Assembly: GCA_965140585.1 (NCBI GenBank)
Contig: OZ223265.1
Coordinates: 32,001-96,000, forward strand
Length of the DNA: 64,000 nt
Direction of reading: 5' to 3'
Origin: Spirochaetia bacterium
GTDB taxonomy: Bacteria > Spirochaetota > Spirochaetia > UBA9216
Shown: piece after piece, positions 8,550 through 18,158 of the stretch
Layout: each line of letters opens with the position of its first letter
How positions within the stretch are numbered: position 1 is the stretch's first letter
Position numbers and translations under genes: made by a program
The notes under the pieces: model-generated
The model's database searches: none
The model's input: the letters and a program-made list of their open reading frames with translations, nothing else
What the model was told of the DNA's origin: nothing

Positions 8550-8795
8550 TTGAAAATAGGAGCCTGTTGGATAAAGAAATCCAGTACCAATAATGAAACC
8601 TACCTATCCTGCGCACTTGAGATAGTCCCAGTTGAGCTAATGCTTGGAAGCAAAAACTTTGCACTTTTCAAGAACAAGGAAAAGAAAAAAGCTGAACAGC
8701 CGGATTATATAATCTCATTCAATCCACAAAAGCCTTCAAACACCCAGTCTAATAACAACAGCTATGGCGATTTTGAGGATGATATTCCCTTCTAA
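8550..8795 (+). CDS. Small DUF736-like putative ssDNA-binding protein with SSB-type acidic tail
   Basis: KIGACW.K...YLS...ALFKNKEKK...QPDY; ends DFEDDIPF. Confidence 0.65.
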   Translation: MKIGACWIKKSSTNNETYLSCALEIVPVELMLGSKNFALFKNKEKKKAEQPDYIISFNPQKPSNTQSNNNSYGDFEDDIPF

Positions 8796-8806
8796 GGTCG
8801 GAAACA

Positions 8807-10126
8807 ATGAAAAGTCATCTGATGCAGGTAACAGACAGCACAGCCTTTCTCAAAAACGTTCCGGATAACACTTTCACCGCCTGTGTCACTGATGGTCCTT
8901 ATGGAATATCGTTCATGAACTCAGCCTGGGATACTTTCAATCCGGAAGTCCTTAGAGAAAAGATTGAGACAAATAAAAGCACCTTCCAGGGGAAAGAAGT
9001 CAGAAGACCTGCATGTGAGGCTGGACGATACAACCGGGATTTGGAATCAAACAGGGCTTTCCAGGCATGGTGTGAATCATGGGCCTCTGAAGTTTTACGC
9101 ACAGTAAAACCCGGCGGGATTCTTCTTTCATTTTGCGGACCGCGGACATATCACCGGATGGTTGCAGGTATTGAGGATGCAGGATGGATTGTCAAAGATA
9201 CCATGATGTGGATTTATGGTTCTGGGTTTCCAAAGTCTCACAATATCGGAAACTCTGTTGATAAGCAGCTTGGATGTTCAAACCGCGGTCATGCAATAAG
9301 CAGTGGAAACAAGTACCACCCTTCAACTGGTATTGCCAGAGCCTCCGGGGATAAACTTTCAAAGTACCAGGGAAGAACACAAGAAGGTTCTATTTGGGAA
9401 GGCTACGGAACAGCGCTTAAACCTGCTTATGAACCCATAGTTCTTGCTATGAAACCTCTTGATGGAACCTATGCAAACAATGCACTTACCTGGGGAGTTT
9501 CTGGGATAAACATCGATGAAACCAGAATTGAGAATAACGACCGGGAACTCTACGGGATTTCCGGGGATGAAGGGAAAACAAAGGTTTCCTGTTACAAGGA
9601 CCGTGAGCGGGTCTCATATGTTCCTAATGAGCTTGGCCGCTGGCCATCAAACATCCTCCTTGAGCAATATTCCAGAGGTTACCTTGATGCTCAGGCTGAT
9701 GAGAATATAAGCCGGTTTTTCTATTGTTCAAAATCAAGCAAAGCAGAACGGGAAGCAGGCCTATCTGATTTCGAATCCTTCCAGGTAAATGACGGCCGGA
9801 AATCAGAGATTGATAATGCCTACCAGCGCGGAGAGACCAGAAGAAAGAATATCCACCCTACAGTGAAACCTCTATCAGTTATGAGGTACCTGGTGAAGCT
9901 TGTTAAGATGCCTAAAGACAACCACATCCTTGATTTATTCATGGGTTCAGGGACTACCGGCTGTGCATGCGCACTTGAAGGGATAGAAGAGTTTACCGGG
10001 CTTGATAAAACCCCTGATTACCTTCCAATTGCAGAGGCACGAATCAAACACTGGGAAAAGGTTTCAGTTCGGGGGAAAGATTTTGACGAGCTGCAGGGGG
10101 ATTTATTCAATGCTGTTTGCTCATAA
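8807..10126 (+). CDS. Orphan N6-A/N4-C DNA methyltransferase (beta class)
   Basis: Catalytic DGPY (DPPY-like) motif near the N-terminus; HPTVKP and LDLFMGSGTTG near the C-terminus. Confidence 0.88.
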   Translation: MKSHLMQVTDSTAFLKNVPDNTFTACVTDGPYGISFMNSAWDTFNPEVLREKIETNKSTFQGKEVRRPACEAGRYNRDLESNRAFQAWCESWASEVLRTVKPGGILLSFCGPRTYHRMVAGIEDAGWIVKDTMMWIYGSGFPKSHNIGNSVDKQLGCSNRGHAISSGNKYHPSTGIARASGDKLSKYQGRTQEGSIWEGYGTALKPAYEPIVLAMKPLDGTYANNALTWGVSGINIDETRIENNDRELYGISGDEGKTKVSCYKDRERVSYVPNELGRWPSNILLEQYSRGYLDAQADENISRFFYCSKSSKAEREAGLSDFESFQVNDGRKSEIDNAYQRGETRRKNIHPTVKPLSVMRYLVKLVKMPKDNHILDLFMGSGTTGCACALEGIEEFTGLDKTPDYLPIAEARIKHWEKVSVRGKDFDELQGDLFNAVCS

Positions 10127-10138
10127 GGTTGTAATCTG

Positions 10139-10606
10139 ATGGAAAAACTGAAACTAAAAGTCCTTCCTGCAAGCTCTAAAGACCCGCTTACAATCTCTTT
10201 CACCATCGAAAGAGAGGACCTGTATCTAACCAAGGCCTTTTATAAACAATACATCACTCCATGTCTTGATCATTATCTCACCATTGAAGTTAAGAAATGG
10301 TACCGGGAAAGAAGCCTCAATCAGAACAAGCTCTGGCACAAGATGCTCCGGGAACTTTCGGCCGGGCTTCAAACAGATATGGAGCTTATAAAGCAGGGAA
10401 TAAAGGAAGTGGCTGCAGATGAATACGGCTACCCTTCAGCGGTTAACCCGTTTAATAAAAACCGAACACCAAAGCCAAGCAGCCAGGCGACTGTTAAAGA
10501 AATGGGAATACTCATTGAAACAACCTTCATCGAGGGAGGCCAGTCTGGAGTTGATTTATCTGAATACGCGAATGATTACAGGAAGCTTAAGAATGACAGA
10601 GCGTGA
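10139..10606 (+). CDS. NinB/Orf-like phage recombination accessory protein
   Basis: RSLNQNKLWHKMLRELS and SSQATVKEM..LIE motifs. Confidence 0.55.
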   Translation: MEKLKLKVLPASSKDPLTISFTIEREDLYLTKAFYKQYITPCLDHYLTIEVKKWYRERSLNQNKLWHKMLRELSAGLQTDMELIKQGIKEVAADEYGYPSAVNPFNKNRTPKPSSQATVKEMGILIETTFIEGGQSGVDLSEYANDYRKLKNDRA

Positions 10607-10883
10607 ATCATTTAAGCTGCAGGAGCTTAAACAGAAGAAGTTTTTCATCCAGGGCGGTCAGTGCGCGGTCTGCGGGAAAATGCTTCTGGATGGTACTCCC
10701 CAGCTTGCTCACAGAATCCCTCAGTCAGAAATGTTTCTACAGAAATACGGGGAAGCGGTTATTCATCATGAGAAAAACCTGGTACTTGTGTGCAGTGGGA
10801 AGTGTAATGATTCAGTACTTATTCAGAATAACCCGGTGGAAATACAAAGGCTCATCGATGAGATAGAAGGAGAGATTTTATGA
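10593..10883 (+). CDS. Small HNH-fold zinc-binding protein
   Basis: CAVCG...QLAHRIP...NLVLVCSGKCN. Start reassigned to ATG 10593 within ORF 10419..10883. Confidence 0.6.
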   Translation: MTERESFKLQELKQKKFFIQGGQCAVCGKMLLDGTPQLAHRIPQSEMFLQKYGEAVIHHEKNLVLVCSGKCNDSVLIQNNPVEIQRLIDEIEGEIL

Positions 10884-11704
10884 ATGGACAGATGAAAAAT
10901 ATCCCAATGGAACAGGTCCGGTTTATTGGAAACATTCGTGATGCAGATATCGAGATTGATGAGCTGGCTTCATCGATTAAGTACCAGGGATTATTACAGC
11001 CGGTTGTTGTGAGTCAAACCGGAGAGGGATACAACCTCATTGCCGGACACAGACGATTTAGAGCCTGTACCCTTCTTGGATGGACTGAGATCCCCGCGGT
11101 AATCAGAGACTTTGAGAATAACCGGGCTGTACAGCTTACAGAGAACATCCAGCGCAAGGAAATGACCAAACTTGAGGAAAGTACTGCAGTCTATAACCTT
11201 ATGAAAGATATAAAAGTCAATAAATCAAGGCTTGGGAAAATCCTGGGACGAAATCCAAACTGGATTGATAAGCGCTTAAGCTTCTACGAGGTTCGGGAGT
11301 TTCTTCTGGGCGCTGGAATCCTTCCGCTGAAGCTCATTGATACTATGAGTTTTGATATCGCAAAAATCGTGAGCAAGTATAACAGAAAATACTGGTTGCA
11401 GTTATGCTCAAACCTTCTTGGTAAACGCTGGCTCCCTGAACAGATCCGTGCTTACTGTGAGAGTGTTACAAATCCTAATTACAAACCCGCTCAGAACAAG
11501 AAGCCTGGGAATAAATCTGAGAAACGTACTCCGGAGCCCGGTTCTGATAACAAGATAATCCTTGATCTTCTAAACAGTGAAGAGGATGAGTTTTCAATAG
11601 TCCTTGATAAGAAAGATCTTGTAATAAAGCTTATGTTCCCAACTGATAAAGGCTTCAAGACCGTTAGTAACATCCTTCAGAAAGTCGGTGGGGAAATACT
11701 TTGA
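10880..11704 (+). CDS. ParB/Spo0J N-terminal domain protein
   Basis: ELASSIKYQGLLQPVVV...LIAGHRRFRA...ENIQRKEM. Confidence 0.85.
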   Translation: MNGQMKNIPMEQVRFIGNIRDADIEIDELASSIKYQGLLQPVVVSQTGEGYNLIAGHRRFRACTLLGWTEIPAVIRDFENNRAVQLTENIQRKEMTKLEESTAVYNLMKDIKVNKSRLGKILGRNPNWIDKRLSFYEVREFLLGAGILPLKLIDTMSFDIAKIVSKYNRKYWLQLCSNLLGKRWLPEQIRAYCESVTNPNYKPAQNKKPGNKSEKRTPEPGSDNKIILDLLNSEEDEFSIVLDKKDLVIKLMFPTDKGFKTVSNILQKVGGEIL

Positions 11705-11734
11705 AAAGCATCTATTAAACAAAAGGTTAATACT

Positions 11735-12787
11735 ATGGCAGATAAGAAATACTACTGGTTGAAACTTCAAAAGAACTTTTTCAAGCGGCATGATGTAAAA
11801 ATAATCAAGGCAATGGATAACGGATTACAGCATGTTCATAACTACCTGCAGTTGATGCTTGAAAGCATTGATCATGAAGGCACCCTTCGATTCAGTGATG
11901 AAATACCCTATACCGTTTCAATGCTTGCCGCGGTCATCGATGAGGATAAGGACACCTTAGAAAAGACTTTTGAAATTCTCAAGTCTTTCAGGCTGCTTGA
12001 AATCTGGGATGACGGGACCATCTTTCTTACAAAGATTCCGGAAATGCTTGGTTGCGAAAGTGAAGCTGCAGAAAGAGTCCGGAAGTACCGGGAGAAGAAA
12101 CAATCTGAATCTGATGATTCCTCAGAGGATGACCAGGGAGAAAGTTCTATGGATGAACCTGATAACTACCCAGAAAATCCATGTAACGAGGATGTAACAG
12201 ACCCCGCGTTACATTGTAACAACGCTGTAACATCATGTAACGCGCATGAAACGCCGTGTAACGGAGGTGAAACAAGCTGTAACGCTGATGTAACACAGAG
12301 TAAGAGTAAGAGTAAGAGAGAGATAAAGAGTAAGAGTATTAATATGGCGCCAGAGGCTGAGCCTCCCGCGCTTTTTGGTCCGGATGAGATTGAATCTCAG
12401 GAGGAGGCTCCCCCTTCCGGGGAAGAACCTCTGGGGAATATGCTTAGCTTTCCTGACCCTGATACTCTGCTTTATAACCGCGTGAAAGATCTCTTTGAAC
12501 AAAAGCAGCCTCAAGGTAAGTTCACCAACTACGGCAAGGAAGGCGCTGCAATCAAGCAGCTCATCGCGAAATCAAGAGCCAGATCCCCAGATGATGATTT
12601 TCTAATCGGCATGATTCAGATGTTTGATAGACTTCGGGAACAGGAGGGCTTCTACAGGAAACAACCGTTTTTACCTTCGGCGCTCAATTCCTCCGGAATT
12701 TGGGATCGGGTACTCAATGCGGCACAGTTAATCTGGGTAGAGGGACAAACTCTCAAGGACATGGAGGAAGAGGAGATACTATTTTGA
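11735..12787 (+). CDS. Phage replication initiator (replisome organizer N-terminal domain)
   Basis: KKYYWLKLQKNFF...GTLRFSDEIPYT..MLA...SEAAERVRKYRE. Confidence 0.85.
   Translation: MADKKYYWLKLQKNFFKRHDVKIIKAMDNGLQHVHNYLQLMLESIDHEGTLRFSDEIPYTVSMLAAVIDEDKDTLEKTFEILKSFRLLEIWDDGTIFLTKIPEMLGCESEAAERVRKYREKKQSESDDSSEDDQGESSMDEPDNYPENPCNEDVTDPALHCNNAVTSCNAHETPCNGGETSCNADVTQSKSKSKREIKSKSINMAPEAEPPALFGPDEIESQEEAPPSGEEPLGNMLSFPDPDTLLYNRVKDLFEQKQPQGKFTNYGKEGAAIKQLIAKSRARSPDDDFLIGMIQMFDRLREQEGFYRKQPFLPSALNSSGIWDRVLNAAQLIWVEGQTLKDMEEEEILF
12182..12337 (+). repeat. Putative phage replication origin (phased TGTAAC iterons plus purine-rich tract)
   Basis: TGT/AAAC hexamers at 12182, 12193, 12215, 12226, 12236, 12247, 12257, 12268, 12278 and 12289, followed by (AGAGTA)n. 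Confidence 0.7.
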
Positions 12788-13209
12788 CTGTTGAAAAGTT
12801 TATATCAAAGATTCAGGGATCATACGGGACCTACTCTGCAGGTCAGCTGACTGTTGTAAAACAGTACCTTGAAAAACAGAAACCGGCACTTATTGAGTAT
12901 TTATATGCTGAAGTCTTAAAAACTGTCTCCTGGCAATACAAGACCCCACCAGGGCCCAAAGAGTTTGAACAGGCTATGAAGAATGTGAAAGTCCGGCCGG
13001 AACTCAGGATTGAGTTACAGCCTGCCCCTGTACTGAAACTTGATGAACCAGAAGTCCCTGCAGAGGAGGCAAAGAAGTTCTTTGATGAGCTTAAGAGAGT
13101 CACCAGTAAAAAGAAGCCTGAAGGGAGGGTCATTGACTATGCAGAGCGAAAAGCTCAGCTGCAAAGACAAGCTGTTACCCTGCAGGATAAAGCGGCATCG
13201 ATGCGATGA
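12784..13209 (+). CDS. Phage hypothetical protein following the initiator
   Basis: TTG overlapping the initiator stop, with GAGGAG upstream. Confidence 0.55.
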   Translation: MTVEKFISKIQGSYGTYSAGQLTVVKQYLEKQKPALIEYLYAEVLKTVSWQYKTPPGPKEFEQAMKNVKVRPELRIELQPAPVLKLDEPEVPAEEAKKFFDELKRVTSKKKPEGRVIDYAERKAQLQRQAVTLQDKAASMR

Positions 13210-13225
13210 GCTTGGAGATTGTATC

Positions 13226-13483
13226 ATGAAATTCTTAAAAGAGTTCTTAATCAATCTGGGTGCCCTACTGGCTGCACTGGTTCTGCTTTTCTTTCCGGAA
13301 ATCATTGCAGCAATTGCGTGTAGCTTTTTCGGTGTTTCGGAGAATGCTGGTTGGTGGATTGTTCTTATCGGGTTGATTCTTCAGATTGCGGGTGGCATCA
13401 CCCTTGTACATTTCCTGTTTCCTGAAGGAATGGTTATCTCTGAATCGAAAACTGTCATAACTGAAATCAAGGGAGGTAGATAA
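13226..13483 (+). CDS. Small phage membrane protein
   Basis: Two hydrophobic segments; start at internal ATG 13226. Confidence 0.55.
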   Translation: MKFLKEFLINLGALLAALVLLFFPEIIAAIACSFFGVSENAGWWIVLIGLILQIAGGITLVHFLFPEGMVISESKTVITEIKGGR

Positions 13484-13487
13484 CATC

Positions 13488-13628
13488 ATGATTCACTGGG
13501 CCTGGCTTTTACTGATATTCCCTGCATCTTTTTTGAGTTTCATTATGGGGGTGATTATCGCTCACGGTATGCAAATTGAAGTGATTCTCGCTCCTGCAGG
13601 AAAAGAAACCGTGGAGGATAGAACATGA
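13488..13628 (+). CDS. 46-aa hydrophobic phage protein
   Basis: GGAGG RBS, MIHWAWLLLIFPASFLSFIMGVIIAHG..., ATGA overlap with the next gene. Below the ORF-track cutoff. Confidence 0.5.
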   Translation: MIHWAWLLLIFPASFLSFIMGVIIAHGMQIEVILAPAGKETVEDRT

Positions 13629-14011
13629 AAAAGGTGAAACAGTCTGTATGGACATTTCGAAAATCCTATTGCCGGAAACTGCTTAACCAGATATTCCGGA
13701 AAGACAATATCTGTCCAGACTGTGCTGGGCACGGTATCTCACTTGCATTCTGTGATTACGTTGATGAATCGAAAAATGGGCTTGAGATCCTTAAGTGTAG
13801 AAGATGCGCGGGCAAAGGTCATATCTCTTTCGTCATGAAAGACTGGATTGAAAAAGGTCTGCAGCTTCGAACGCTCATGCTTGAGAACCACTGGTCATTT
13901 AAGGATGTGTCGAAGCTTACCGGTTTCGGGGTAGTTGCTGTATCTGATGCGAAACATGGATATTCAGACCCCACTCCTGTACTTGAAGCACTCCCCGGAG
14001 GTTTCAAATGA
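13625..14011 (+). CDS. Phage protein with CxxCxGxG zinc-finger motifs and a C-terminal HTH-like segment
   Basis: CPDCAGHG, CRRCAGKG, WSFKDVSKLTG. Confidence 0.55.
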   Translation: MKKVKQSVWTFRKSYCRKLLNQIFRKDNICPDCAGHGISLAFCDYVDESKNGLEILKCRRCAGKGHISFVMKDWIEKGLQLRTLMLENHWSFKDVSKLTGFGVVAVSDAKHGYSDPTPVLEALPGGFK

Positions 14012-14039
14012 AACCACTTTCACAAGGATTGTTACAGAT

Positions 14040-14435
14040 ATGAGTAAATCTATTACAAAAACACCGGAAAAAGTTACAGATTCCCCGGATCATATAACAA
14101 AAGTCCTGGCAATTCTCACAAAGGTTGATTCCCAGAGATTGAAACCTGAAGCAGCTGTAGAAGAGATTGAGGAGGTATTTGCAGAACTCTATGCACCGGT
14201 AGTCACCCCGGTTATAAACACCTTGATTGAAGGATTCAGGACGCTTGTTCAGATGTATCCGGAACTCATAGACGGTTCATCACCTGAAAGTCAGCTGAAG
14301 CACTGCGGCACATGTGATAATTGGGCGGGTGCTGTTTACCAATGTATGTCTGAGATTGATGAGGAGGTAGGATACTTCGATTGTGCATGTATGGGTAAGC
14401 ACTGGGTACCAGAGACATCCGGGGAAAGGATATAA
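14040..14435 (+). CDS. Phage hypothetical protein (Cys-rich C-terminus)
   Basis: Part of ORF 13935..14435; contains CGTCDNW...C. Confidence 0.5.
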   Translation: MSKSITKTPEKVTDSPDHITKVLAILTKVDSQRLKPEAAVEEIEEVFAELYAPVVTPVINTLIEGFRTLVQMYPELIDGSSPESQLKHCGTCDNWAGAVYQCMSEIDEEVGYFDCACMGKHWVPETSGERI

Positions 14436-14436
14436 G

Positions 14437-14895
14437 ATGCAAAACCGGCTTAAAATGTTGTTCTTCCGGATAATGCTCCTTGGTTGTGTGAACATGTACC
14501 AGAGTTTTGATTATCCGGAAAACCTTCTCCCCGGGATCACCTATTACCTACTTTCACTATTCTGTGCATATCATATTGTCAGAGTACATGGGGATAGAAA
14601 GGGTTGGAAAATAATCCTGGATGAAAGTATTTCAATATTCCTTGTTGCATTTGCCCTGTATCCGTTTTCTGAGTTTATACACTTTGGGAATGTCTATCTA
14701 TGGATGGGGATCATATTGTTACTCTATTTCATGAGTAAGAGGATTGGAAACCCGGGAATTGAAAACCGTATTTCCGGGGATTACAGCATCGGTAAAAATC
14801 GACAGTCTGTAGCGTTTTATTTGAAGGAAGTTAATCATTTTTCTACAGACAGGAAAATGAATAAACCTGTGGATTGCTCCACTGTCGATATTTAA
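14437..14895 (+). CDS. Phage membrane protein
   Basis: Several hydrophobic segments; AAGGA RBS. Confidence 0.5.
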   Translation: MQNRLKMLFFRIMLLGCVNMYQSFDYPENLLPGITYYLLSLFCAYHIVRVHGDRKGWKIILDESISIFLVAFALYPFSEFIHFGNVYLWMGIILLLYFMSKRIGNPGIENRISGDYSIGKNRQSVAFYLKEVNHFSTDRKMNKPVDCSTVDI

Positions 14896-15196
14896 TCAGC
14901 ATAGTTTGCACAGGAGAGCCTTTGGGTAAAAGAAACTCTCCTGCACAAGGGGTTATGTGTCTGCAATTAACACTTGTTTAGTACTTTATATCGGGGACAT
15001 GAATCAAACAACAGTAAAGGAGTCAATTTTACAATTTTAACATATTAAACGGCCCGGGAAGCTATGACGGCCAACATGCATTCCCGAACCGTATAAAGAA
15101 TAAGGAATTTCCCTAATGATAGTTTAGAGAATTCATTTAGAGATATCAAATTTATGATGAAATAAATCAAACTCCTGCGGTAGGCAGGGAAAAAAA

Positions 15197-15298
15197 GACG
15201 GCAGTCCGGGGATTGCACTCCCCGAACAGGTGCGGAAACACCTACAGAAACTCTGCTACCGTCAATCATCTGCTTTGATGATAATCGGCGGGTTTCTA
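15197..15298 (+). ncRNA. Structured leader upstream of the D12-class methyltransferase (D12-methyl-motif-like candidate)
   Basis: GACGGCAG...CTACCGTC stem enclosing the hairpins GGGGA-TTGCAC-TCCCC and AGGTG-CGGAAA-CACCT. Confidence 0.5.
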
Positions 15299-15347
15299 TT
15301 GTTCATTAAGAGGATGCTGAAATAAAACATAGGATTATTACAACAGT

Positions 15348-16139
15348 ATGAAAACACCACTTACTTACTACGGCGGAAAGCAGCAGCTGGCATCTCTTAT
15401 CATTTCACTTATTCCGGAACATAAGCTCTATTGTGAACCCTTTGTCGGAGGGGGCGCGGTATTCTTCCGGAAAGAGCCTTCTTCAGTAGAAGTTGTCAAC
15501 GATATCAACAGTGAACTGGTCAACTTCTATGAGGTCGTGAAAAACGATTTTCAGGCGCTTGAGAAGGAAATCAGGATAACCCTTCACAGCCGGGACCAGC
15601 ACAGGAAAGCAACTGTAATCTATAACAATCCGGATATGTTTGACCGGGTAAAACGAGCCTGGGCGCTGTGGGTAATGTCGAATGAATCCTACTGTGGAAA
15701 GCTTGACGGGTCATTCGGATATGACAGGAAAGGTCAAACAGTAAAGACTATCACCAACAAACGTGAAGGGTTCACAGAGGACTATGCTATCAGGCTTCAG
15801 AATGTACAAATTGAATGTGCCGGGGCACTCCGGATTATCAGAAGCTATGACACCGAGGGTTCATTTTTCTACTGTGACCCACCGTATTTCAATTCTGATA
15901 TGGGGCATTATGACGGGTACACCAAGGAAGATTTTATTGAGCTGCTTGAAACCCTATCAAACATCAAGGGGAAATTCCTTCTCAGCTCATACCCCTCAGA
16001 CATTATTGAGGATTACACCAGGAATAATAACTGGTGGAGGTATGAAAAAACCATGAGTCTTTGTATGACTCATCCTATAAATGGGGCTAAGAGGCAGAAA
16101 CGGGAAATCCTTACAGCCAATTACATTCCGGGGACATAG
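15348..16139 (+). CDS. Dam-like D12-class N6-adenine DNA methyltransferase (orphan)
   Basis: PLTYYGGKQQLA, EPFVGGGAVF, NDIN, YCDPPY. Confidence 0.92.
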   Translation: MKTPLTYYGGKQQLASLIISLIPEHKLYCEPFVGGGAVFFRKEPSSVEVVNDINSELVNFYEVVKNDFQALEKEIRITLHSRDQHRKATVIYNNPDMFDRVKRAWALWVMSNESYCGKLDGSFGYDRKGQTVKTITNKREGFTEDYAIRLQNVQIECAGALRIIRSYDTEGSFFYCDPPYFNSDMGHYDGYTKEDFIELLETLSNIKGKFLLSSYPSDIIEDYTRNNNWWRYEKTMSLCMTHPINGAKRQKREILTANYIPGT

Positions 16140-16210
16140 AAATCGGATTAATAAGTAAATGTAATCATAGGTCTGGTTCCATTAGATCACGTCTTATAAA
16201 AGGAGATTGA

Positions 16211-16477
16211 ATGAAGCTTGCAGAGCCTACAACGACAGTATCAGATTGGATGATTGAGAAGGCAGGGTATGAAAACTGGGTGGAGTTTTGTAAACGGTTC
16301 GGAGGTCAAAACTGGTGGATTCCAACTACTCCGGCAATCGTTCAAAGGGATGAGGAAATCCGAAGGCTTTATAATGATCTTATATTAACGCCTGGAACCA
16401 AGCAAACGATTATTTTAAAGAAATTATCTCAAAAGTATAAAATTTCAATTCGAACATTAAGAAGAGTCATATCATAA
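16211..16477 (+). CDS. Mor/C-family phage transcription activator
   Basis: FCKRFGGQNWWIP...RDEEIRRLYN...LSQKYKISIRTLRRVI. Confidence 0.75.
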   Translation: MKLAEPTTTVSDWMIEKAGYENWVEFCKRFGGQNWWIPTTPAIVQRDEEIRRLYNDLILTPGTKQTIILKKLSQKYKISIRTLRRVIS

Positions 16478-16583
16478 TATGTCAATTTGACTTTCATGTA
16501 ATGAATTATTAAAATTCAATTACTACATTTCTTCATAGCCTTCAACTTATTTCTTTAATATTTAATTTCAAAAGGAGAAACCC

Positions 16584-17021
16584 TTGAGAAGTATAGATAA
16601 GATAATGGTAATTGAAAGAGACTTTCCACTAGCCCTTTATATGAAAATCAGGATACATGCTCTGGGCTTAAAAGTTGATAAAATCTATTCAGATTATGAC
16701 CAGGCAAAAAGAGAATTTAAATTAAATAGACCTGATTTAATCATAGTTGATGTAGAAAAGAATGATGAAAACCTGGCAACTGAAACAGTGAAAAAGATGC
16801 AGGAGATTGATGACTCCATAAAGGTTATTTTTATCATCGATGCTCATCATAATGATAATCTTTCAGAAAATCTATCAGAGATACAACCATATATGGTTTT
16901 AACAAAACCGATTGGAAATAGGCAATTTGCCTACTCGATACTTTCCGCGTTAAGTGAGAAAAATAGTGGTTCTGTTGTTGAAACACAAAAAACAACTAAT
17001 AAACAGAAGAATATTAAATAA
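16584..17021 (+). CDS. Stand-alone receiver (REC) domain protein
   Basis: PDLIIVD...KVIFI...VLTKPIGNRQ; paralogue of 28827..29252. Confidence 0.75.
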   Translation: MRSIDKIMVIERDFPLALYMKIRIHALGLKVDKIYSDYDQAKREFKLNRPDLIIVDVEKNDENLATETVKKMQEIDDSIKVIFIIDAHHNDNLSENLSEIQPYMVLTKPIGNRQFAYSILSALSEKNSGSVVETQKTTNKQKNIK

Positions 17022-17585
17022 TCACTGAATTTGACGTCTAAAAGCTTCATCAACGCTTAGAAACTCCAACTTTCCTTTAAAATATTCACCAATAATATAC
17101 TTATCAGAATTAAATGCTAATCGAGGGATATTTTGGGAGTTAACCCATGCTAATTTAGTAATATCATCACCAGCCTCCATGTTCCCTGATACAACAGAGG
17201 CATAAAGAACGACAACCAGAGTTTCAAGATCAGCTCTTATAATATTTGTTGTAACATTTATAATTGATTTGATTTCTATCTTTAATCCTGTTTCTTCAAA
17301 GACTTCTCGATGCCCGGCTTGTAGAAAATTCTCATTAGTTTCAATAAATCCGCACGGCATACACCATAGATCATGATCACCTCTCCTTCTTCCCACCAAT
17401 ATTTCATTGTTGGAATTTTCTATTAAGACAGAGACTCCAGGAAGAGGATTCTTGTACTGAATAAACTTGCATGATGGACAGCTATTATTCGTATCCGATA
17501 TGAGCTCTTTACCACAACATGGACAATATTTATAGTCAGTAATGTTGGACTGAAATGAATTGATTTGAGAAAATGCCTGTTTCAA
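17022..17585 (-). CDS. NUDIX hydrolase with N-terminal zinc ribbon
   Basis: CPCCG...CPSC and Nudix box GFIETNENFLQAGHREVFEETGL; TTG start after AAGGA. Confidence 0.88.
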   Translation of the reverse strand: MKQAFSQINSFQSNITDYKYCPCCGKELISDTNNSCPSCKFIQYKNPLPGVSVLIENSNNEILVGRRRGDHDLWCMPCGFIETNENFLQAGHREVFEETGLKIEIKSIINVTTNIIRADLETLVVVLYASVVSGNMEAGDDITKLAWVNSQNIPRLAFNSDKYIIGEYFKGKLEFLSVDEAFRRQIQ

Positions 17586-17595
17586 TATAAAATCC

Positions 17596-17991
17596 TTATT
17601 GTTGGTTGAATATATCAGGAAGTTTAATGTCACAGCCTTTGTATAATATGGTTTCAACTTTCTCCATATGTAAAATCGTATTATTTCGGCTGTTTATCTG
17701 GGCATCAAGATAGGGACCGTTAAACCTCAATGTTGGGAAATTTAAATCTATTTTCGAAATGATGTTAAAATCTTTATCTATATATGAATGAGTTGATATG
17801 GTCCACCATTCATCTCCAGAGGTATTGATCTCAAGCAACCCAACAATATATTCACCCTCTATATTGTTTATTTTTTGAATGGCTGCAGCATATATTACTT
17901 CATTATTGTACTTGTACATGAAGAGATCTGCAGAAAAAAGGCTTTCTACACAAAAAATCATAAGAAATATCAATACAGCTCTTTTTATCAT
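17596..17991 (-). CDS. Secreted hypothetical protein
   Basis: Signal-peptide-like MIKRAVLIFLMIFCVESLFS. Confidence 0.6.
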   Translation of the reverse strand: MIKRAVLIFLMIFCVESLFSADLFMYKYNNEVIYAAAIQKINNIEGEYIVGLLEINTSGDEWWTISTHSYIDKDFNIISKIDLNFPTLRFNGPYLDAQINSRNNTILHMEKVETILYKGCDIKLPDIFNQQ

Positions 17992-18158
17992 GGGAATTCC
18001 TTAATATTCATCTTTTGGCTATATTTTATATGAATATGGAATAATATGTGAATACCAATTATAGATAAAATGTTCAAAAAGGAATCTTATTCAAATTCAT
18101 CTATCTTCGTTTTTAACTGCAAAAATAACTCATCAGACTCCGTCTGTACAATTTAACT

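Noticed and set aside
10880-11704. Plasmid-prophage partition system
   Set aside because: No ParA or parS array is nearby, and ParB-N proteins are common in phage early regions.
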